In this document: piece after piece, positions 1 to 4,235 of the stretch
Layout: each line of letters begins with the position of its first letter
Numbering within the stretch: position 1 is the stretch's first letter
Origin: a virus
Taxonomy: Duplodnaviria > Heunggongvirae > Uroviricota > Caudoviricetes
Direction: 5' to 3' (one strand)
IMG/VR virus record: IMGVR_UViG_2740892234_000006
DNA: 5,037 nucleotides
Position numbers and translations under genes: made by a program
Notes under the pieces: model-generated
Seen by the model: only the letters and a program-made list of their open reading frames with translations
Told to the model about the DNA's origin: nothing
Database searches by the model: none

Positions 1-1
1 C

Positions 2-235
2 CGATTTGATGAACGCAATATTCACAAGCAATGCGTGGTGTGCAACCAACATAAAAGCGGAAATCTCGTTCCGTATCGCGTCGAACTGATTAACCGCATC
101 GGGCAGGAAGCAGTAGACGAAATCGAATCGAACCATAACCGCCATCGCTGGACTGTCGAAGAATGCAGGGCGATCAAGGCGAAGTATCAGCAGAAACTTA
201 AAGACCTGCGAAACAGCAGAAGTGAGGCCGCATGA
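2..235 (+). CDS. ninG: NinG (Rap-like) protein, C-terminal part; 5' end lies upstream of the window
   Basis: Frame is open from position 2 to the TGA at 233-235 (the ORF track shows only the M-initiated part 35-235). C-terminal sequence ...[13 protein letters not shown]...NHNRHRWT...[19 protein letters not shown] matches my recollection of lambda-family NinG. Stop overlaps the next start (ATGA), as in nin regions. Confidence 0.7.
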   Translation, partial: RFDERNIHKQCVVCNQHKSGNLVPYRVELINRIGQEAVDEIESNHNRHRWTVEECRAIKAKYQQKLKDLRNSRSEAA

Positions 236-426
236 CGTTCACAGTAAAAACCATTCCTGACATGCTCGTTGAGGCATATGAAAATCAGACCGAGGTAGCC
301 AGAATACTGAACTGTAGTCGCAACACGGTCAGAAAATACACTGGCGATAAAGAAGGGAAAAGACACGCTATCGTCAACGGTGTTCTTATGGTTCACCGCG
401 GATGGGGTAAAGATACTGATGCGTGA
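232..426 (+). CDS. ninH: NinH, small DNA-binding protein of the nin region
   Basis: 64-aa [61 protein letters not shown]..., close to lambda NinH as recalled ([24 protein letters not shown]...). Position between ninG and Q is the canonical order. Confidence 0.85.
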   Translation: MTFTVKTIPDMLVEAYENQTEVARILNCSRNTVRKYTGDKEGKRHAIVNGVLMVHRGWGKDTDA

Positions 427-853
427 TATCCGGCAGGTTCTTGAGCGCTGGGGGGCATGGGCGGCAAATAACTATGAGGATGTTACATGGTCGCCCATTG
501 CTGCCGGATTTAAGGGACTGATCCCCGAAAAAGTAAAATCACGTCCACAGTGCTGTGACGATGATGCGATGGTGATATGCGGGTGCATAGCCCGCCTTTA
601 CCGGAACAATCGCGATCTGCATGACTTGCTGGTTGATTATTACGTGTTGGGGGAGACGTTCATGGCGTTGGCACGGAAACATGGGTGCTCTGACACCTGT
701 ATAGGTAAACGCCTTCACAAAGCGGAGGGGATTGTTGAAGGCATGCTGATGATGCTGGGAGTGAGGCTTGAGATGGATCGGTATGTTGAGCGTGAATTGC
801 CGGGAGGGAGAACCTCTGTATTTTATCAGCGAAAAAATAGTTTACGATCGTAA
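419..853 (+). CDS. Q: Late-gene antitermination protein Q (short, 144-aa type as in phage 21/933W-like lambdoids)
   Basis: ORF track gives 380-853, but 380 is GTG. ATG at 419 overlaps the ninH stop (ATGCGTGA) and gives a 144-aa product [24 protein letters not shown]... with Cys-rich segment [18 protein letters not shown]. Followed by an AT-rich region, terminators and tRNAs as in Stx-phage Q regions. Start could be 380 (GTG); family subtype is from recall. Confidence 0.85.
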   Translation: MRDIRQVLERWGAWAANNYEDVTWSPIAAGFKGLIPEKVKSRPQCCDDDAMVICGCIARLYRNNRDLHDLLVDYYVLGETFMALARKHGCSDTCIGKRLHKAEGIVEGMLMMLGVRLEMDRYVERELPGGRTSVFYQRKNSLRS

Positions 854-900
854 AAATCTGCATATCATGATAAGAGTGGTTACATTGCCACGCAGTCGAA

Positions 901-923
901 CCCGCCGATGCGCGGGTTTTTTT
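901..923 (+). terminator. Intrinsic terminator-like hairpin 47 nt after the Q stop
   Basis: CCCGC (901-905) / GCGGG (912-916), 6-nt loop, then T7 (917-923). Confidence 0.55.
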
Positions 924-959
924 GTACCCCGAATCCTGTGAGCTATACGGAAAGTACAC

Positions 960-1100
960 AGAAAGGAAGGTGCGACCGTAATTAATAACAAAATCTTAAA
1001 AATCGCATATAGCACTATTAGTTTTCTAAATATTGTATATTTTAAGTATTGCAGGATAACCCTGTAACGAAGTTTGCGTAACAGCATTTTGCTCTACGAG
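960..1100 (+). promoter_or_regulatory. Candidate location of late promoter PR' and Q-utilisation (qut) site; exact -35/-10 not resolved
   Basis: AT-rich intergenic stretch between Q and a strong terminator, holding several weak sigma70-like hexamers (e.g. TTTTCT 1022-1027, TATATT 1036-1041, TAAGTA 1043-1048). In lambdoid phages PR' lies just downstream of Q and yields a short tR'-terminated RNA. Placement is inference. Confidence 0.3.
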
Positions 1101-1103
1101 TTT

Positions 1104-1132
1104 GCCAGCCTCCCCCAGTGGCTGGCTTTTTT
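1104..1132 (+). terminator. Strong intrinsic terminator, candidate tR'
   Basis: Perfect 7-bp stem GCCAGCC (1104-1110) / GGCTGGC (1120-1126), 9-nt loop, T6 (1127-1132). Confidence 0.7.
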
Positions 1133-1140
1133 ATGTCCGT

Positions 1141-1254
1141 AGCGTCAAAGCAGCAATGGCGCTAGGGCGTCGTGCAATTGGCGTTGAGCTGGAGAGCGGG
1201 CGTTTTGAGCAGACGGTCAGGGAAGTTCAGAATGTAGTCAGTCAGAACGGATGA
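1141..1254 (+). pseudogene. Remnant of the C-terminus of a DNA methyltransferase (no start codon)
   Basis: Frame open from 1060 to the TGA at 1252-1254 with no ATG/GTG start. Translation ...SVKAAMALGRRAIGVELESGRFEQTVREVQNVVSQNG* resembles the conserved ...GRRxIGxEL C-terminal motif of N6-A/N4-C DNA methyltransferases. Too short and start-less to be functional. Confidence 0.5.
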
Positions 1255-1256
1255 TA

Positions 1257-1285
1257 TTGCAGAATTAGTTACGTACCGTTATTAT
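1257..1285 (+). promoter_or_regulatory. Candidate sigma70 promoter for the tRNA cluster
   Basis: TTGCAG (1257-1262), 17-nt spacer, TATTAT (1280-1285), then a GC-rich stretch CCTGCGCCC before the mature tRNA 5' end at 1295, as is typical of stable-RNA promoters. Confidence 0.45.
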
Positions 1286-1294
1286 CCTGCGCCC

Positions 1295-1370
1295 GGCCCT
1301 TTAGCTCAGTGGTGAGAGCGAGCGACTCATAATCGCCAGGTCGCTGGTTCAAATCCAGCAAGGGCCACCA
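1295..1370 (+). tRNA. ileZ: tRNA with anticodon CAU, Ile2 (lysidine) type; alternatively elongator Met
   Basis: 76-nt cloverleaf: acceptor GGCCCTT/AAGGGCC, D arm GCTC-AGTGGTGA-GAGC, anticodon loop CTCATAA, T arm GCTGG-TTCAAAT-CCAGC, discriminator A, encoded CCA. Near-identical to E. coli ileX as recalled; an ileZ-like gene is known downstream of Q in Stx phages. Confidence 0.85.
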
Positions 1371-1377
1371 TCACATA

Positions 1378-1454
1378 CCGCCATTAGCTCATCGGGATAG
1401 AGCGTCAGCCTTCGAAGCTGGTTGCGCGGGGTTCGAGTCCTCGATGGCGGTCCA
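1378..1454 (+). tRNA. tRNA-Arg, anticodon UCG (decodes rare CGA/CGG)
   Basis: 77-nt cloverleaf: acceptor CCGCCAT/ATGGCGG (unusual C1-G72), D arm GCTC-ATCGGGATA-GAGC, anticodon stem TCAGC/GCTGG, loop CTTCGAA, T arm CGGGG-TTCGAGT-CCTCG, discriminator T, CCA. Confidence 0.8.
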
Positions 1455-1467
1455 TTATCTGCACACT

Positions 1468-1513
1468 GCGTTGTTAGCTCAGCCGGACAGAGCAATTGCC
1501 TTCTAAGCAATCG
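1468..1513 (+). tRNA. 5' portion of a tRNA-Arg(UCU) copy, cut by the N run
   Basis: GCGTTGT-TA-GCTC-AGCCGGACA-GAGC-A-ATTGC-CTTCTAA-GCAAT-CG then Ns. Identical to the 5' half of the tRNA at 1569-1645 except for one D-loop substitution. Confidence 0.55.
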
Positions 1514-1523
1514 NNNNNNNNNN
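1514..1523. other. Run of 10 N (gap or masked bases) inside a tRNA copy
   Basis: Directly visible; flanks belong to two different tRNA types. Confidence 0.95.
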
Positions 1524-1555
1524 CTGGCGGGGTTCAAGTCCCCGATGGCGGTCCA
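1524..1555 (+). tRNA. 3' portion of an Arg(UCG)-like tRNA copy (T arm and acceptor 3' strand) following the N run
   Basis: CGGGG-TTCAAGT-CCCCG-ATGGCGG-T-CCA. The acceptor 3' strand matches the Arg(UCG) tRNA at 1378-1454, not the 5' fragment before the gap, so the two fragments are from different tRNA types. Confidence 0.5.
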
Positions 1556-1568
1556 TTATCAGCATCAT

Positions 1569-1645
1569 GCGTTGTTAGCTCAGTCGGACAGAGCAATTGC
1601 CTTCTAAGCAATCGGTCACTGGTTCGAATCCAGTACAACGCGCCA
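1569..1645 (+). tRNA. tRNA-Arg, anticodon UCU (decodes rare AGA/AGG)
   Basis: 77-nt cloverleaf: acceptor GCGTTGT/ACAACGC, D arm GCTC-AGTCGGACA-GAGC, anticodon stem ATTGC/GCAAT, loop CTTCTAA, T arm ACTGG-TTCGAAT-CCAGT, discriminator G, CCA. Confidence 0.9.
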
Positions 1646-1659
1646 TATTTATTTACCAG

Positions 1660-1680
1660 GCTCGCTTTTGCGGGCTTTTT
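1660..1680 (+). terminator. Intrinsic terminator closing the tRNA cluster
   Basis: GGCTCGC-TTTT-GCGGGC hairpin (one T.G wobble) followed by T5. Confidence 0.65.
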
Positions 1681-1924
1681 ATTACAGGAAAGACACTGGA
1701 CAGTGAAATGTTAAATGCCTCACAATTCAGGCAGTTGATGATTGTCTGGTTGACGGAGAGTTGTTAAAAAAGTTTTGCATGGTGAATCCCCCTGAGCGGA
1801 GGGGCGACTGGTGACGGTATAATCTCTGATTATCAAAACGAGAATGACGAGGGTTTAGTGGCACCGGGCTGAACTCACCGGGAGGCACCCGGCACCATGC
1901 AATGGCACATAGCGCCACTCTCCA

Positions 1925-1948
1925 GCCCCTCTCCGGAGGGGCTTTCTT
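1925..1948 (+). terminator. Intrinsic terminator-like hairpin inside leader copy 1
   Basis: Perfect 7-bp stem GCCCCTC/GAGGGGC, loop TCCG, then TTTCTT. Directly followed by A6 and a second hairpin GCCCGCG...CGCGGGC (1961-1982), which reads as a terminator on the - strand. Confidence 0.5.
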
Positions 1949-2051
1949 ATGGACAAAAAAGCCCGCGCTGGGAGACGCGGGCGGCAAGGAATAAACAATG
2001 AAACGTGAAGTAATATTTCAGCTGGCGAATAATACCCTATAGTAATCACTC

Positions 2052-2073
2052 TGCGCAACTGCGCGACCTTTTT
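2052..2073 (+). terminator. Weaker terminator-like hairpin with T5 inside leader copy 1
   Basis: TGCGC-AACT-GCGCG stem then TTTTT. Homologous to the stronger copy-2 hairpin at 3979-4004. Confidence 0.4.
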
Positions 2074-2187
2074 CGAATTGCGGGCTGTAGTCTCCCTTCT
2101 GCCATTGTCCTGTAACTTCCGGACTTCAGCCCGCTCCTTATTTTACTCACAATATTATCCCGGCCGGGAGGATTCATGGCATTTAAA

Positions 2188-2197
2188 NNNNNNNNNN
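2188..2197. other. Run of 10 N cutting a DUF1737-type gene after its 4th codon
   Basis: Directly visible; downstream flank is a terminator resembling the one at 1660-1680. Confidence 0.95.
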
Positions 2198-2199
2198 TT

Positions 2200-2224
2200 G
2201 GCTCGCTTTTGCGGGCCTTTTTTT
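2200..2224 (+). terminator. Intrinsic terminator
   Basis: GGCTCGC-TTTT-GCGGGCC (7-bp stem, one wobble) then T7. Nearly the same sequence as the terminator at 1660-1680. Confidence 0.7.
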
Positions 2225-2276
2225 GTATCTGCGTTACACCATTAACTAATAAATCGAGTGCTTATCAGGAGGCTAT

Positions 2277-2501
2277 GTGAAAAAACTGATGGTGACGATT
2301 GGTCCGTTCGAAACAGAAGTTAGTTTTCGTGTTGTTCAGGGGGAGAGTGTACTTGTTGAAGATGTATTTCATGGAAAATCAACAGGTCCTTATGTAAAAG
2401 AATATCTTATCGACGCCACGGATGAAAATATTGAGGTGGTGTACGATTCCGTCAATCACCCTGATTTGATCATTAAGGCAAAATTGAAGCCACTTTATTG
2501 A
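2277..2501 (+). CDS. Hypothetical small acidic protein (74 aa), no recognised family
   Basis: ORF with GTG start 4 nt after AGGAGG (2267-2272); alternative ATG at 2289. Product MKKLMVTIGPFETEVSFRVVQGESVLVEDVFHGK... has about 12 acidic and 8 basic residues. Lies between two intrinsic terminators. Confidence 0.5.
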   Translation: MKKLMVTIGPFETEVSFRVVQGESVLVEDVFHGKSTGPYVKEYLIDATDENIEVVYDSVNHPDLIIKAKLKPLY

Positions 2502-2553
2502 TCTGACCGGGAGCAATCATAAAATATCTCTGGGTACCCACAAGGAGATAAAT

Positions 2554-2763
2554 ATGTTTGTTTCTGAAGTGTTAATGGAAGATAAGGACAACAAAGGATG
2601 GGTTAAAGGTTGGGCTGTGGTAAGAAGCTCGCCCTGGCATCTTGTTGGGGTTTTTGCGACAGAGGAAGACGCAGAAACGGAAGCAAGAAAGATGGGAGAT
2701 AAGTACGAGGTTCACTATGGCTCGCATCGAACAGGAAGTGATGATTTTGTCTGGGGGGAGTAA
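2554..2763 (+). CDS. Hypothetical small acidic Trp-rich protein (69 aa), no recognised family
   Basis: ATG preceded by strong RBS AAGGAG (2542-2547, 6-nt spacing). Product MFVSEVLMEDKDNKGWVKGWAVVRSSPWHLVGVFATEEDAETEARKMGDKYEVHYGSHRTGSDDFVWGE has about 14 acidic and 8 basic residues and 4 Trp. Followed by a terminator at 2798-2820. Confidence 0.6.
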   Translation: MFVSEVLMEDKDNKGWVKGWAVVRSSPWHLVGVFATEEDAETEARKMGDKYEVHYGSHRTGSDDFVWGE

Positions 2764-2797
2764 CAGTCGTTTAACCCCAGAATAATCCCGTAACTGA

Positions 2798-2820
2798 GGT
2801 CGCTATTGGCGGCCTTTTTT
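2798..2820 (+). terminator. Intrinsic terminator
   Basis: GGTCGC-TATTG-GCGGCC (6-bp stem, one wobble) then T6. Followed by GTATCCGCG, similar to the GTATCTGCG linker after the terminator at 2200-2224. Confidence 0.65.
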
Positions 2821-2952
2821 GTATCCGCGCCACGCCCGGCGCATATCAACCACAGAGCCTTTCGGGGGTGAGCTTACGGAGTGGTCAGTGTGACTTTCTC
2901 TGTGGGCAGATCGCTCCCGGGCGTTGGCTCACCCACCCAAAGGAACGTCACG

Positions 2953-3111
2953 ATGTTTGGTATTTTTGGTAAAAAAAGCCCGCAGAGCGGCAACGGAAAT
3001 TAAAAAGTTTGAAAAACGCGATCTGGCACAGGTGGTGATTAACGCCGCCTACCTGGTGGCCTATGCAGATGGTGAATGTGAGGCTTCCTAGAAAGCGAAG
3101 ATCGAACAGGT
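2953..3111 (+). pseudogene. Degenerate partial copy of the TerB-like gene (start codon present, then frameshift and in-frame TAG)
   Basis: ATG 2953 with RBS AAAGGAA gives MFGIFGKKSPQSGNGN* (stop 3001-3003). The following ~120 nt are ~90% identical to 3122-3243 but in a different frame, consistent with an extra A in the A7 run at 2971-2977, and carry TCC TAG (3086-3091) where the downstream copy has TCA GAG. Could also reflect low-quality contig-end sequence. Confidence 0.45.
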
Positions 3112-3121
3112 NNNNNNNNNN
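3112..3121. other. Run of 10 N between two partial copies of the TerB-like gene
   Basis: Directly visible. Confidence 0.95.
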
Positions 3122-3136
3122 GCCCGCCGAGCGGCA

Positions 3137-3535
3137 GTGGAAATTAAAAAGTTTGAGAAACGTGATCTGGCACAGGCGGTTATTAATGCTGCCTATCTGG
3201 TGGCCTATGCAGATGGTGAATGTGAGGCTTCAGAGAAAGCGAAGATCGAGCAGATCTTGCGTAACCAGCCTGCGTTGTCCGCGTTTACGTCAGAAATTAA
3301 TGCGATTAGCGCAACCATTATCGGTCAGCTGGATACGAACTTTAAAATTGGTCGTCGAGCGGCATTGCGTGAAATTGAAGATGTGAAACACGATACGCGT
3401 GAAGCGGAAGATGTGCTGGATGTGGCGGTGGCCATTGCGGAGGCAGACGGCGAAATTGAGCCGGAAGAGCGCAAGGTGCTGGAAGAGATTGCCGGTGTTC
3501 TGGGTCTTCGTCTGGAGAATTACCTGTTACGGTAA
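3137..3535 (+). CDS. TerB-like (tellurite-resistance TerB family) acidic protein; 5' end uncertain because the frame is open back to the N run at 3121
   Basis: ORF ...EIKKFEKRDLAQAVINAAYLVAYADGECEASEKAKIEQIL...AVAIAEADGEIEPEERKVLEEIAGVLGL... contains two A-x-ADGE-x-E repeats typical of TerB-family domains, as recalled. The true N-terminus is probably MFGIFGKK..., as in the upstream degenerate copy. Confidence 0.6.
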   Translation: MEIKKFEKRDLAQAVINAAYLVAYADGECEASEKAKIEQILRNQPALSAFTSEINAISATIIGQLDTNFKIGRRAALREIEDVKHDTREAEDVLDVAVAIAEADGEIEPEERKVLEEIAGVLGLRLENYLLR

Positions 3536-3860
3536 AACTGCGCCTGACTGTGGCTGCACTCCTGCTGTTTCTGGTGGTGATGGTGGATTTCACCAGCAGA
3601 ATCATGTCGGTGCTGGCGGATGGGGTGCTGGTCTGCGGCATTATGGTATTGCTGTGGCCGGTGATAAAAAGAAACAGCCTGCATAATGCTTGATTTTTTT
3701 ATTTGCTGTTTATTAAAAATACTACTGCATGGTGAATCCCCCTGTGCGGTGGGGCAATCAGCAAGAAGGAATATGGGGTAATCGCGGATTCAGGTGCTGA
3801 TACTGAATTCACCGGGAGGCACCCGGCACCATGCAAGAAAAAGAATGTGCATGCAAACAT

Positions 3861-3886
3861 GCCCCTCTCCGGAGGGGCATTTTTTA
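3861..3886 (+). terminator. Intrinsic terminator-like hairpin inside leader copy 2
   Basis: GCCCCTC-TCCG-GAGGGGC then ATTTTTT. Followed by A6 and hairpin GCCCGAA-TGGG-TTCGGGC (3899-3916), which reads as a terminator on the - strand. Confidence 0.55.
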
Positions 3887-3978
3887 TGGGTAAAAAATGC
3901 CCGAATGGGTTCGGGCAATAGCATGAGATACTGATATTGTTGTGTTGTTATCGTGTGGATTTTAACCAGGGTTTATCA

Positions 3979-4004
3979 GGCTGCGCAACTGCGTGGCCTT
4001 TTTT
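3979..4004 (+). terminator. Intrinsic terminator inside leader copy 2
   Basis: GGCTGCGC-AACT-GCGTGGCC (8-bp stem with two G.U wobbles) then T6. Confidence 0.6.
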
Positions 4005-4100
4005 CATTTCTTGGGCTGTAGTCCCCGTGTGTCATTCAGGCTTCCGGACTACAGCCCACTCCATATCTGATTTAATACACTATCCCGGCCGGGAGGAATA

Positions 4101-4155
4101 ATGACATTTAAACATTATGATGTTGTCAGGGCGGCGTCGCCGTCAGACCTTGCGG
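4101..4155 (+). CDS. 5' fragment of a DUF1737-type gene (nanS-p paralogue), cut after 18 codons by the N run
   Basis: RBS GGGAGGA then ATG; MTFKHYDVVRAASPSDLA... matches the N-terminus of the downstream gene (MSIKHYDVIRAASPSDLAEK...). Confidence 0.5.
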
Positions 4156-4165
4156 NNNNNNNNNN
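4156..4165. other. Run of 10 N cutting a DUF1737-type gene after 18 codons
   Basis: Directly visible; the last 29 nt before the gap are identical to 4347-4375 in the downstream nanS-p gene. Confidence 0.95.
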
Positions 4166-4208
4166 ATTTCTGTTTTTCTCAAACTATCATCGTTATCCCT
4201 TTATTTTC

Positions 4209-4235
4209 GGCTGCGCATGGCGCGGCCTTTTTTTT
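4209..4235 (+). terminator. Intrinsic terminator
   Basis: GGCTGCGC-ATG-GCGCGGCC (8-bp stem, one wobble) then T8. Confidence 0.65.

Larger units (their letters stand above)
1776..2187 (+). repeat. Structured leader element, copy 1 (~410 bp), ending in RBS and start (ATG 2176, MAFK...) of a DUF1737-type gene cut by the N run
   Basis: Shares collinear blocks with 3726-4112: TGCATGGTGAATCCCCCTG, CACCGGGAGGCACCCGGCACCATGCAA, the GCCCCTCTCCGGAGGGGC hairpin, an A6-preceded hairpin, the CTGCGCAACTGCG hairpin with T-run, a 13-bp inverted repeat GGGCTGTAGTC.../...GACTxCAGCCC, and TATCCCGGCCGGGAGGA before the ATG. Confidence 0.8.
3726..4112 (+). repeat. Structured leader element, copy 2, upstream of a DUF1737-type gene start
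   Basis: Collinear with 1776-2187 (same conserved blocks), with diverged spacers and base-pair-preserving substitutions in two hairpins. Confidence 0.8.

Noticed and set aside
187-1087. Minus-strand ORFs 187-396, 660-959 and 842-1087
   Set aside because: They overlap the well-supported + strand ninG/ninH/Q genes or the AT-rich terminator region, have no RBS and no recognisable family; most likely antisense chance frames.
1349-1714. ORFs 1349-1537 (-), 1422-1607 (+) and 1496-1714 (+)
   Set aside because: They lie entirely over the tRNA genes and the N run; their translations contain X from the Ns. Artefacts of ORF calling through structured RNA genes.
1818-1823. Perfect TATAAT hexamer in leader copy 1 as a promoter -10
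   Set aside because: No acceptable -35 at 16-18 bp spacing and the hexamer is not conserved in leader copy 2, so it is unlikely to be a functional conserved promoter.
1800-1900. ZTP or other known riboswitch class in the leader (GACTGG and CCGGG motifs)
   Set aside because: Only superficial short-motif resemblance; the conserved-block layout does not match any riboswitch consensus I can reconstruct, and no plausible metabolic gene lies downstream.
1998-2042. 14-codon ORF MKREVIFQLANNTL upstream of the leader terminator as an attenuator leader peptide
   Set aside because: Not conserved in leader copy 2 (the corresponding frame is MRY-stop), so a leader-peptide attenuation mechanism is not supported.
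1727-2058. Minus-strand ORFs 1727-1987 and 1855-2058 over leader copy 1
   Set aside because: GC-rich hairpin sequence gives long open frames by chance (Pro/Arg/Ser-rich products). Not conserved as an ORF in leader copy 2, where the nucleotide blocks, not the frames, are conserved.
3063-3686. ORFs 3063-3386 (+), 3399-3686 (+) and 3342-3641 (-)
   Set aside because: Alternative frames overlapping the TerB-like gene; products are Arg/Trp-rich or low-complexity, typical of out-of-frame translation; 3063-3386 also runs through the N gap.
1776-4155. CRISPR array as an explanation for the repeated elements
   Set aside because: Repeats are hundreds of bp long, only two or three copies, not regularly spaced with short unique spacers, and contain gene starts and terminators.
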